A stretch of 64,000 nucleotides of DNA, taken from an uncultured delta proteobacterium. GTDB taxonomy: Bacteria; Desulfobacterota; Binatia; UBA9968. The translations under genes were made by a program, and so were the position numbers. The stretch covers positions 32,001 to 96,000 of the forward strand of contig CAVXEP010000009.1 of the NCBI GenBank assembly GCA_963760795.1, in the 5' to 3' direction. Positions within the stretch are counted from its first letter, which is position 1. Each line of letters begins with the position of its first letter. The notes below the pieces were generated by a model. The model was given only the letters and a program-made list of their open reading frames with translations. It was not told the DNA's origin and searched no databases. Shown piece by piece: positions 40,829 through 50,612 of this stretch.

Positions 40829-41735
40829 TCACTGCACTTGCGTGCATTGCAGATCGGCGCCAACGGTCAGGGGACCCGTGTAGAACTTCTTCAGTTCAGC
40901 GATGGCAGCATCAAGATCGAACTCACCGATGTGACTGACAATCAGTCGCCCAACGCCCGCGTCTTGGGCGACCTGACCGACGACCGCAGGTGAAGCGTGA
41001 CAGGGATTACTTGCACTTGCGGCAGTTGCAGATGCATGACCAGGACATTCGCTCCCTTTGCGAACTCGACGAATTGGGGTTGGTACCGGTCTGATCGGAG
41101 CTGAATACTATCGACACATCCCGAGTTTGCACGCGGTACGCCAGAGTCGGGAGATTGCCGTGCGGTATTCCCACCGCGGTCACGGTCACTCCCTCCCGGT
41201 CGAACACTATCGACGGTTCTGCTTTCGTCACATCGACGACGCCGACATCGAGACGAACACCTCCCCCCGTTTTACTCTGCGTGCCTCCCAGGTGGGACCG
41301 AGCACTTGAAAGGCGCCATTCTTCTCATCGAATAGGCGACTGAGGAATACCGGGAAGGCCGGCGCCACGTCGTTGCCGGAAGGACCGACTATGGGCAACG
41401 GGTCCTTGCGAGCCTGATGGCTCAACCACAGGAGTGCGGGCAGATCAGAGACGTGGTCGGGATGAAGATGGCTTATGGCGACCAACGACAGGTCGCTAAG
41501 CTTTGCTTGGGCCTGGCCAAAGCGAAGGAAGGCTCCGCCGCCCATGTCGACAAGCATCCTCGCCTGAGCGCCGATCCAAAGGAGGTAACTGGTCGACGCG
41601 CGATCTCGATTGATCCGCGGGTCCACCAGAACCGAGGATTTGCACAGCTACTGGATGTGCCTCACAGTTTTGAGCCGATGCGTTGGATGGAATTGCGAGA
41701 AGAGCGAGCAAGCACACAATCCCGGATCGATTCAT
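40829..41735 (-). pseudogene. Exported MBL-fold hydrolase (RNase Z / AtsA-like) with several frameshifts
   Basis: Signal plus ILGSGGP; LVDMGGG, ISHLHPDH; PHG..AYRV, FSSD; HASP..VGRLIVSH..YTGPL..GADLQC* across at least 4 frame pieces. Confidence 0.7.
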
Positions 41736-41850
41736 CAGTAGTGCACCTCCGTATGCTTCAGTAAGTCGCGGAAATTTTAAGAATCCACGCTGTGCGCGTA
41801 ACTTAGCGATCAGTTGGGCAGCCCCAAAACCCGTAACCCGATAACAACTA

Positions 41851-42886
41851 CTACGCCGGCTTCACGCCGGTGATCAGCGCGTAGGAAAAACTGCCTTTCA
41901 CATGGGCGTGGTCGCCGTGGGCGTGCCAGGTGAAATAGTTTTTCTTCATGCGCTCGGCCAACTCCGGCGCTTCCTTTTCCAACTCCAGCGCGGCTTCGAG
42001 CCAGTGGCGGCCGGTGGGGATGCCGTCCATGCCTTCTTGGTTGAACGGATACGAAATCACGCTCTTGCGCGGCACGCGGTAGCCGGCCTTGGTCAGCAAA
42101 CGCTCGATGCTGCTGACCGTGTGGAAGCGAAAACCCTCGCCATGGGTGCGGCGAAACACTTGGTTGATCTTGGCCTCCAGCGCCACGTCGATGGCGTCTT
42201 TGGATTCTTCGATGACCGGGTCGAGGACGACGAAGCGGCCGCCGTTCTTGAGCACGCGCAGGACTTCGCCGACGACGCCGGCGGGATTGCCGAAATGATG
42301 CAGGCTGAAGGACACGAAGGCGCGGTCGAAGGTCCCGGACTTGAACGGCAACTTGTCCGCCTCGCCGGCGCTCAATTCATAGCGCGCGATCGGATCTTGA
42401 TGATGATGGCCGACATCGAGCATCGCCAGCGCCTCGTCGACGCCGACGATGCGGCCGGATTGCATCTGCTTCGACAACGGCCGGGCGACGCGCCCGGTGC
42501 CGGTGGCCAAGATCCAAAATCGCTTCGCCGCCCTTGAGCGTCAGCGCCTCGATCAACTTGGTCGTCAACTGGCTGCGCATGTCCGACAGGCCGCGCTGGT
42601 CGAACTCGGCGGCATGAGCGGGATCTTTGAAGCGCGATTTGTGGTCGTGGCCATGGGAATGGCCGTGGTCGTGATCGTGTCCGTGATCGTCGGCGTGCCC
42701 ATGTTCTTGTTCATGCCCATGATCCGAACCGTGCGCGTGCTCATGCCCATGCGCTTCCTGCCCATGATCGTGACCATGCGCTTCATGGGAATGACCGTGA
42801 TCATGTTTGTCGTCATGATGCTCATGGCCATGTTCCTGCCCATGCGAATGCTCACCCTTATGCTCGTGCTTATGTTCGTCTGCCAT
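41851..42886 (-). CDS. Class I SAM-dependent methyltransferase with a long His-rich N-terminal extension; frameshift near 42510
   Basis: 32 His in the first 82 aa; ILDL(A)TGTG, IVGVD, LPFKSGTFD, LHHF, RVLKNGG. Confidence 0.82.
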
Positions 42887-42921
42887 CTATGTATCCTTTT
42901 TTACTCTTATCTTTTGCCTTT

Positions 42922-43335
42922 TTACTTTTTCTTCGACATTTCCATCATCGCGTCCCACTGTTCGTCGGTCACCTTCATGATCGACAGCCGCGAATTGCGC
43001 ACCAGATCGAATTTGGCCAGCTTCTTGTCCGCTTTGACTTCCGCCAGGGTCACCGGCTTGGCCAGGGCTTTCACCGGCTCGATGTCGACCACCAGCATGC
43101 GCGGATTGTCCTTGCCCGGATCGGAATAGGCGCCGCCCAACGCCCGCGCGATGCCCACCGCCTGTTTCTCGTCGCCGGTATGATAGATAAAAATCTGATC
43201 GCCCTTTTTGATATCCTTCAAATGCATCAGCGCGAGATTATTCGCCACGCCGTCCCACATGGTCGATTTGTCTTTGACCAGCTGCTGGTACGAATAAACA
43301 CTCGGTTCGGTCTTGAATAACCAACGGGTTGCCAT
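42922..43335 (-). CDS. EVE domain protein
   Basis: WLFKTEP, WDGVAN, GD..FIYHTG, PVTLAEVK, SRLSI. Confidence 0.9.
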   Translation of the reverse strand: MATRWLFKTEPSVYSYQQLVKDKSTMWDGVANNLALMHLKDIKKGDQIFIYHTGDEKQAVGIARALGGAYSDPGKDNPRMLVVDIEPVKALAKPVTLAEVKADKKLAKFDLVRNSRLSIMKVTDEQWDAMMEMSKKK

Positions 43336-43415
43336 GAAACTTTTCCTCCTACTGGTTTATAAATCAGCATCAGGCCCCAATACAATCCCTGGAACCGGCA
43401 GGCGCCGCGCGGAAT

Positions 43416-43482
43416 AGATTTCTCGCTGCGCTCGAAATGACAAGTTTGCGGTTTTGTCATCCCGAACGACGTGAGGGATCTC
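43416..43482. repeat. Palindromic interspersed repeat (gtcatttcgagcgcagcgagaaatct family)
   Basis: agatttctcgctgcgctcgaaatgaca ... tgtcatcccgaacgacgtgagggatct; a related element lies at 46681-46790. Confidence 0.55.
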
Positions 43483-43542
43483 GTCCAGTAGCGAGCTGCA
43501 ATCCCTTGACCTGTACGCCGGAAGCGCTGTATCCAATCGGTC

Positions 43543-44523
43543 ATGACAAATCGTAGACTTCACCTCGCACTGCTGGCAGTATTCGCCCTCTTTGCTCCAA
43601 CATCCTACGCCGCCGACAAGCTGCGCATTTCCTACTCGGCGGTCAACGCCACCCAAGCCTTTCTCTGGGTCGCCCAGGACCGCGGCATCTTCGCCAAGCA
43701 TGGCCTCGAAGGCGAGCTGCTCTACATCAACAGCGGCACCATGAACATCGCCGCGCTGCTCGGCGGCAGCGTGCAGATCGCCGGCGGCGGGCCGGTGTCC
43801 ATCGAAGCGCGGCTGCGCGGCATCAAGCTGACGATCCTGGGCAATCCGTTGCCCTGGTTGGCGTCGAATCTAGTCGTCCATCCCGACATCAAGTCCATCC
43901 CCGACATGGCCGGCAAGCTCGCCGGCATCTCGCGCTTCGGCTCCTCCACCGATCAGGGCTTCCGCTATCTGTTTCGTAAAAATGGCTTGAACGTCGACCG
44001 CGATTTAAAGATGTTGCAAATGGGCGGCGACTCCAGCCGCGTCGCGGCCCTGAAAACCGGCACGATCCAGTACACTTTCCTCGGCGCCGCCGCCACCGAC
44101 AATGCCCGCGCACTGGGCTTCCGCGTCTTGTCGACCGCCCAGCAGATGGCGATCCCTTTCCCGTGGACTTCGGTGGTGGTCGAAGAAGGCTGGTTGCTGA
44201 AAAATCGCGAGCTCGCCTACCGCTACATGAAATGCGCCACCGAGGCGATCGTGACGTTGAAGCGCAACCGCGCCGACAGCGAGCGCACCATCGCCAAGTA
44301 CATGAAGATCACCGATCCCAAACTGATCGCGACAGAATTCGACTTCGTTTCCTCGCTGATGCCCGACTACATGGCGCCGACGTTGGAGGGACTCAAAGTC
44401 ATCCTGGAAAACTTCGGCAAAGAATACCCCGACGCGCCAAAGCGCGACCCCAAAGAGTTCGCCGACGGCTCGATCATCGAGAGATTGAAGCAGGAGAAAT
44501 TTGCCGAAGGGCTGAGGTTCTAG
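43543..44523 (+). CDS. ABC transporter substrate-binding protein (NMT1/THI5-like)
   Basis: Signal peptide, KLRISYS, LWVAQDRGIFAKHGL, GISRFGSST. Confidence 0.88.
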   Translation: MTNRRLHLALLAVFALFAPTSYAADKLRISYSAVNATQAFLWVAQDRGIFAKHGLEGELLYINSGTMNIAALLGGSVQIAGGGPVSIEARLRGIKLTILGNPLPWLASNLVVHPDIKSIPDMAGKLAGISRFGSSTDQGFRYLFRKNGLNVDRDLKMLQMGGDSSRVAALKTGTIQYTFLGAAATDNARALGFRVLSTAQQMAIPFPWTSVVVEEGWLLKNRELAYRYMKCATEAIVTLKRNRADSERTIAKYMKITDPKLIATEFDFVSSLMPDYMAPTLEGLKVILENFGKEYPDAPKRDPKEFADGSIIERLKQEKFAEGLRF

Positions 44524-44562
44524 AATCGAATCCTTAGCAGTCTGGTGGATTGAAGTGGGAAT

Positions 44563-44754
44563 GCTTCGACAAGCTCAGCATGAACGGATCAATTTCAAAA
44601 ATTTGCAACCAAAATCCGTTCGTCCTGAGCCTGTCGAAGGACTCCGAAATGTTCTTTCAATAAGCTGTTACCAAACCCGGAGCTAACAGGACTAGATTCG
44701 TCCTGAGCCTGTCGAAGGACTCCGAAATGTTCTTTCAATAAGCTGTTACCAAAC
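44563..44754. repeat. REP-like element (cttcgacaagctcagc/cctgagcctgtcgaagg) with an exact 58-bp direct duplication
   Basis: 44619..44676 equals 44697..44754 (ttcgtcctgagcctgtcgaaggactccgaaatgttctttcaataagctgttaccaaac). Confidence 0.75.
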
Positions 44755-44778
44755 TCTTACCCAAAAGGAGAAATACCC

Positions 44779-45147
44779 ATGGCACGCATCCGTCATATCG
44801 CGATACTCACCGAAGACGTGGACAAGCTGGTGAAGTTTTACACCGAGGGCTTTGGCCTGAAGATCGTTCACGGCGTCGGCACGGCGACCTATCTCACCGA
44901 CGGCCATATCAACTTGGCGATCATCCCCATCGGACCGGAACGGGAGATCGAAGGGCCGCAGCTTCAGACCGGCATCAACCATTTCGGCTTCGAGGTCGAA
45001 GATGTCACCGCAGTGCGCGAGGCTTGTAAGGGACTGAGCGCGGCGACGGATGTCAGAAAGCGCCCGCCCAACCGCGAAGCCGAATACCGCGTCCTCGACC
45101 CCGACGGCAACCCCATCGATCTATCGCAACATGGCTGGCCGCACTGA
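44779..45147 (+). CDS. VOC (glyoxalase/bleomycin resistance) family protein
   Basis: IRHIAI, FYTEGFGL, GINHFGFEVED, DPDGNPIDL. Confidence 0.88.
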   Translation: MARIRHIAILTEDVDKLVKFYTEGFGLKIVHGVGTATYLTDGHINLAIIPIGPEREIEGPQLQTGINHFGFEVEDVTAVREACKGLSAATDVRKRPPNREAEYRVLDPDGNPIDLSQHGWPH

Positions 45148-45162
45148 CGCAATGAGTTTTTT

Positions 45163-46011
45163 GTGAGCGCAACCCTGCTCCGCGTTGTTCTTATCGTCTC
45201 AGGATTTCTGTTGGTCATCAGCCTTTGGGGTTTTTACACTTCGATTCGCCCACCGAAGATTATATCCTCGCTCACTCCGCGCGACTTAAAAATGACTCAT
45301 GAGGACGTGTCGTTCAGAACCGCGGACGGTCTCATGCTGCGCGGCTGGCATATCCCATCCGCTAAAACCACCGACAAGACCTTGATCCTGCTCCATGGCT
45401 ATCCTGCGGATAAGGGAAACATCTTGCCTCCGTTGGCGTTTCTGCATGGCGATTTCAACCTGCTGTTGTTCGATTTCCGCTATCTCGGTCAAAGCGAGGG
45501 GAGCTATTCCACAGCCGGCGCCAAAGAAGTCGAGGATCTCCTGGCGGCCGTGCAATTTCTCAAAACCAGAGGCGTCAAAGAAGTGGGCGTGTGGGGATTT
45601 TCCATGGGCGGCGCTGTGGCTTTGATGGCCATCGAGAAAGCTCCCGAGATCAAAGCGGTCATTGCCGAATCGAGTTACAGCAGCCTCGCGCATATGGCTT
45701 TGGAGCTGTTCAGAATTCCCGTGGTCAACTATCCCATCGCCTATCTTGTCGGTTTATGGGCCAAGCTTTTTCTTGGCATCGACCTAAGAAATGTCTCACC
45801 AGCCGAACGAGTGCGCCATACCACGGTGCCGATTCTCGTGATCCATTCGTCGGCGGATGCCGTGATTCCGTTTTCCCACGCGCGGTCGTTGCAAGATGCG
45901 CTGAGAAACAATCCCCGCGCCGAATTTTGGTTTCACGAGGAATTTGCCCATGGTCAGCTAGCTGGCGATTACCAGAACCGGGTGAGAAATTTCTTTCACA
46001 AGAACTTGTAA
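45163..46011 (+). CDS. Membrane-anchored alpha/beta hydrolase
   Basis: N-terminal TM, LLHGY, FDFRYLGQSEG, GFSMGG nucleophile elbow, IHS..D..IP, H. Confidence 0.87.
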   Translation: MSATLLRVVLIVSGFLLVISLWGFYTSIRPPKIISSLTPRDLKMTHEDVSFRTADGLMLRGWHIPSAKTTDKTLILLHGYPADKGNILPPLAFLHGDFNLLLFDFRYLGQSEGSYSTAGAKEVEDLLAAVQFLKTRGVKEVGVWGFSMGGAVALMAIEKAPEIKAVIAESSYSSLAHMALELFRIPVVNYPIAYLVGLWAKLFLGIDLRNVSPAERVRHTTVPILVIHSSADAVIPFSHARSLQDALRNNPRAEFWFHEEFAHGQLAGDYQNRVRNFFHKNL

Positions 46012-46093
46012 GCGTGACGCTCGCAGACGCCTGAACCGGCCGAGCAAACGGGGGCGAGCGAGCTAGCCGCTTCTTCCTGTCTGTCCAGCCTGA

Positions 46094-46180
46094 CGCCCGC
46101 CCAACCGCGAAGCCGAATATCACGTCCTCGATCCCGACGGCAATCCCGTCGATCTATCCAAAGATGGCTGGCCGTACTGA
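46094..46180 (+). repeat. Diverged copy of the last 87 bp of the VOC gene (45061..45147)
   Basis: Ungapped by-eye alignment, 9 mismatches in 87 nt, ends in TGA. Confidence 0.85.
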
Positions 46181-46209
46181 GCCATTTAACTAGCGCACGC
46201 GTGCAGCGG

Positions 46210-46641
46210 TTACACGAGTAACGACTGCAACAGATACGGCGTCACGACGAACAGCAGCGCGGCGCCAACCACGATCACCGTCCATACCCAACGCGCTGTG
46301 CTTGAAAAATTCGCACTCCGCCAGAGCAGCGGCAACGCGAGCGGCCCAACCAAAAGCAGCATGGCGACCACATAGCTCTTAGCATAATAGAACTCCGCTG
46401 CTTGGCCGGCAGACTTGGCGACTTTGTAAGCGTCGATGATGGCGCTCAACCAGAGGAGCAACAAAGCCAATGCGGCGGTAACAGCGTTGAAACCGGTGAG
46501 CCAGTAGGTAGCGCTGCCCAGAACCAAGCAGCAGGCAAGAATCACCCAGCCTTTTTTCTGTTCTTGATTATAGATTTGCCCCAGTCCGGGTAGGAGCATC
46601 GATAACAGTAGTGCGAGAAGTGACTTTGCTCGCGTGGTCAT
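46210..46641 (-). CDS. Hypothetical membrane protein
   Basis: LLSMLLPGLGQIYN..KG motif; about 5 hydrophobic segments. Confidence 0.7.
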   Translation of the reverse strand: MTTRAKSLLALLLSMLLPGLGQIYNQEQKKGWVILACCLVLGSATYWLTGFNAVTAALALLLLWLSAIIDAYKVAKSAGQAAEFYYAKSYVVAMLLLVGPLALPLLWRSANFSSTARWVWTVIVVGAALLFVVTPYLLQSLLV

Positions 46642-46863
46642 AACCGACTACCGGATATTGCAACGGCGAAAACGCGCGCGCTGTCATTCCCAGCCAAAGG
46701 CGAAGAATCTCGCATTTTCTGTGGCATGCGAAAACGAGATCCTTCGGCCGAGTTTATCCCGAGCAACGTCGAAGGGCCTCAGGATGACACCAACGCCGCA
46801 CCGCCAATTCCAAGACACCCGCTTAGTACTCATGCGCCCATCGCTTCGATGGCTGCGAAGCGC

Positions 46864-47866
46864 TCACTTTTTCTCGGCAAACAGCCGCGAAAATACTCTG
46901 CGCGCATTGCCCTCGGTGATATTGTAACGATCCTGCTCGCTCAACCCCTCGACAGTCTTGAAGATCGGCACAAGATCCTCGAAGTTTCTGACCGGTCTCG
47001 GGATCGATGGCGTTGACCGCGCCGAACATTTCGGTGGCGAACAGGACACGGTCGGCGCCGACCCGCTTGATCAACAGCTCCATCGACTCTTTGTCGTAGA
47101 TCGCCATGTCCCAATAAACTCGGCGCGCCGCCTCTTCGAAGGGTTCCAATCCTTCCCGGACGTGCAGGCCGCGCTGGCGGTTCCACTGATAGGGGATCGC
47201 TCCGCCGCCATGAGGGATGATGATTTTCAGCTTGGGGAAATCCTTGAACACCCGCGACTTGAGAATCTCCACCGCGGCGGAATGGTGATGGGCGATGTAA
47301 TAGGAATTGGTCAGATGCATCGCCGGATTCAGCGACGCGCTCGCGTGCACGGTGCACGGCACGTCGAGCGCCACCATCTTCTCCCACAGCGGATACCACC
47401 ATTCGCTGCCCATGGACGGCGTCAGCGGCTCTTTGCCGCCGGCGACATCGGGATTGACGTTGCAGCTGATGAAACCCAAGTCCTTGACGCAGCGGTCCAG
47501 CTCGTCGGCCCATTCTTTGGGGCTCACGCCCGGCGACTGCGGCAGTTGGCACACCGGCGAGACTTTGTCGGGCCAGGTCTTGGCGACCCGCGCGATCAAA
47601 TCGTTGCACGCCTCGGTCCAGTAGCGGCTCACCAGCGGCGAGCCGAAGTGATGTCCCATGGCGCCGGCCTGCGGCGAAAACAACAGCCGGTCGATGCCGC
47701 ACTCCTCCATCCGTTTGAACTGCCCCGCCATGGAGCGCGCCAGTTCTTCGTCGCTGATTTGCAGCTTGGCGCGAATCGGCTTGGCGAGGTTGCTGATCTG
47801 CTGGCCGCGGTACGCCTGCAGCTGCGGCGGCGCGGTGGTGAAGTGGGTATGTGAGTCGATGATCAT
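46864..47866 (-). CDS. ligJ: Amidohydrolase_2 family, 4-oxalomesaconate hydratase-like; frameshift near 46990
   Basis: MIIDSHTHFTTAP, FSP..MGHH, LPQSPG, NPD, WYPLWEKM, IPHGGGAIPY, FATEMFGAV..IDP.TG, EGNARRVF. Confidence 0.72.
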
Positions 47867-48141
47867 AGCAAACCTCCGAATGGTTCAAAACGTTCAAGTC
47901 GTTCAACCGCTGCGCTCCGTTCAAAACGTTGCAGAGAGGGACAGCGCCGTCGGATCGGATCCTTCCTAGTGAACTTCAAGATACAAGACTTCAATCGCAC
48001 GGATTGTCAGCTTCAAACCGCTTTGCTATACCAATCTTTCACGGAGAGATCAAAACTTCTCTGCCAGGCCATTCCGGTGTTTTACGTTTTGAACGGCTTG
48101 AACCTTTTGAACGATTTGAACGCCTTCAAGGAGTTAACATT

Positions 48142-49006
48142 ATGTCAGAGATACCCCGCCTAAACGGCGTAATCAAAGCCCTCGAACAAGGCCAAACCGC
48201 CTTCGTCGCTTTCACACCGGTAGATATCGAGAGTGCCGTCGCCATGGCCGGCACCAAGCTCGACGGCGTCGCGTTTGAAATGGAACATGCGCCGCTGGAT
48301 TTCCCCGGACTGCGCAACGCCCTGCAATTCATGCTCGACCGCGGCCAGATCGTCGCCGGCGGCACGCTCGCCCCAGCGGTCACGCCGATGGTGCGCGTGC
48401 CGCCCAACGGCATTGAAATGAACAGCTGGATCGCCAAGCAAGTCCTCGACATCGGCGTCATGGGCATCATCTTTCCCCATGTCAGCTCCGTCGAAGAAGC
48501 CGCCAACGCCGTCGGCGCCTGCCGCTATCCGCGTCTCAAGAGCGCGCCGAGATATCATCCGCCGGGCATTCGCGGCGACGCGCCGGCCCGCGCCGCGCGC
48601 TACTGGGGATTGCCGCAGCAGGAATATTACAAACGCGCCGATGTCTGGCCGCTGGCGCCCGACGGCGAAGTCCTGGTCGTCATCCAATGCGAAGAGATGC
48701 GCGCCATCGAAAACCTGCCGAAGATTTTAAAAGAAGTCCCCGGCATCGGCGTGGTGCTGATCGGCGAAGGCGACTTGAGCCAGGAGCTCGGCCACCCGCG
48801 CGACTACGACCATCCCGTGGTCGCCGACGCGATCAATAATATTTTGAAGATCTGCAAAGAACACAACGTCCCGTGCGGCCACCCGCACCCGGACGGCAAA
48901 AACATCGAGCGCTTGGTAAAGGACGGCTATCGCTTCCTCATGCCGTCATCGCCGCGCAGCTTCGGCGTCCTCGACCAAGGGCAGAAAGCTAGCAGGAAGA
49001 AGCTAA
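48142..49006 (+). CDS. HpcH/HpaI aldolase/citrate lyase family protein (3' end probably frameshifted)
   Basis: FEMEH, PMVRVP, KQVLDIG..GIIFPHV, CRYP, GIRG, IQCE, IGEGDLS; RBS AAGGAG. Confidence 0.85.
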
Positions 49007-49081
49007 CCAATCTCGCTCCAAGCTGCGGGGTGGTGAATTTGCGCACTCGGAATCGCCGCTCAAACCGTCGCACGCGGTGAA

Positions 49082-49181
49082 GACCGGGGTCCATACGCCA
49101 TCATCCACCTGGATACCGTTGTTCAACGGTATGACGGACACTGTCCGTCACCTGGATACCGGCCTTCGCCGGTATGACGGA
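49082..49181. repeat. Tandem palindromic repeat units (ctggataccg...cggtatgacgg) x2
   Basis: cacctggataccgttgttcaacggtatgacgga and cacctggataccggccttcgccggtatgacgga. Confidence 0.6.
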
Positions 49182-49252
49182 AACCGTCAATAGCGCAGCC
49201 CAAATCCCCTTCCCGCTCATTCTCAATTCTCCATTGTCCATTCTCAATTCTC

Positions 49253-50380
49253 TCATCTCCCCTCCATCGCCTGCGTCGCGATCTTGAACGCGCTGTCTAT
49301 ATCTTCAAACTCCGGCCGGGTGCCGTCGAAATATTTGCGGCCGTCGATGAGCCGGTTATGGGTTTGGATATCGTCTTTGGGAATATCGATGCGCGCCGAG
49401 TTGGGCGGCTCATCCGGGTCGCCGAGCTTTTGCAACGCGATCTGGCCGCGCCGCGACAGATACCAGTTGATGAAAACCTTGGCGGCGTTGGGATGGGAGC
49501 CCTGGCTCGGCGTCGACATCGTTCCGCCCCCAACCGAGAAGCTCGCCCCCTCTTTCCACAGACTGGTGTCGAATATTTCTATCGGCAGTCCTTGATGCTT
49601 CGCCTTGAGCGCGCCGGAGCAACCGAAGCAGATCGAGAATCTTCCCTGCCCGAGCCAGTCGATCATCTGCCGGCTGTCGCGGCTAAAGGTGACATCCTTG
49701 GCGCCGAAAAGCTGGCGAATGAACCCTGGCCCGAGTTCGGGATGGTAATAAAAGAACTGCATGGTCGTGCCGATCTCCGTGCGCGGACGCGGATCGAGGG
49801 CGACGATCTTGCCTTTCCACTTGGGCTTGAACAGATCGTAGTAGGAGGTGAACTCTTTGGCGTTGACCAGCGCGCTGTTGTAATAGAGCTGCCCCGAGCT
49901 GGCGTTGGCGAGGTAGGCAAAAACATATTTATTCTCGGCGTCGAGATAGCGATGCTTGCCGCCATACCAGCGCGACGTGTCGAGCACCTCTGGGAGCATC
50001 AACGCCGGCTGAATCGGCTCGAGAATCTTGGCCTGCTGATGCAGGATGCGGTAATTCGACGAGCCCAAACCGACGACGTCCGCAAGAAAGCGCCCCGCCC
50101 TGCGCTCGGCCAAAATTTTTGTCGTGATCTGCGCGCCGGTGCCGGTGAGCAAATAGGGCCGGATCTCCGGGTAGTCGGCGCGGAAAACATCGAGCACCTT
50201 GCCGTAGCGATAGAGATAGATGTTGACCTTGCCTTCTTTCTTAGCCGCCTCGACGGTGGCCTCCCATTGCGGCGACCGCGGCCCCTCCGCGCCCAGCGCA
50301 TTCGCGGCGAGCAAGAAAATACCGAACGCCAACCAACTGCCATGCAGCAAACCCAGGCCGATTAGATTTTGCACGCCCAA
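49253..50380 (-). CDS. Extracellular solute-binding protein (Fe3+/thiamine-type cluster)
   Basis: AAKKEGKVNIY, ILAERRAG..DV, PKWKGKI, HPNAAKVFINWYLS..GQ. Confidence 0.87.
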   Translation of the reverse strand: MGVQNLIGLGLLHGSWLAFGIFLLAANALGAEGPRSPQWEATVEAAKKEGKVNIYLYRYGKVLDVFRADYPEIRPYLLTGTGAQITTKILAERRAGRFLADVVGLGSSNYRILHQQAKILEPIQPALMLPEVLDTSRWYGGKHRYLDAENKYVFAYLANASSGQLYYNSALVNAKEFTSYYDLFKPKWKGKIVALDPRPRTEIGTTMQFFYYHPELGPGFIRQLFGAKDVTFSRDSRQMIDWLGQGRFSICFGCSGALKAKHQGLPIEIFDTSLWKEGASFSVGGGTMSTPSQGSHPNAAKVFINWYLSRRGQIALQKLGDPDEPPNSARIDIPKDDIQTHNRLIDGRKYFDGTRPEFEDIDSAFKIATQAMEGR

Positions 50381-50612
50381 CCTCCGCGACGATAGGAATG
50401 TGCAGACTATACCCCAGCCGGGGAGAGGGTCAATTTAATTTACCCGCCTGAGTCGGGCGGAACGTTTCCGGCTGCCGGACGAATAAAATAGCGAAGCCAC
50501 CCCGAGCCCCCTCGACAGAGGCTACGCAACCTGTGTAGAATCCTAACGTGAATTGAAACTGCCTGCTGCACACCGGTTGCTAAGCATACGCCAACGCCGA
50601 CGGAGATCTTTT

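Noticed and set aside
45061-46180. 87-bp repeat pair as a diversity-generating retroelement VR/TR
   Set aside because: Mismatches are not confined to adenines on either strand, and no reverse transcriptase is in the window.
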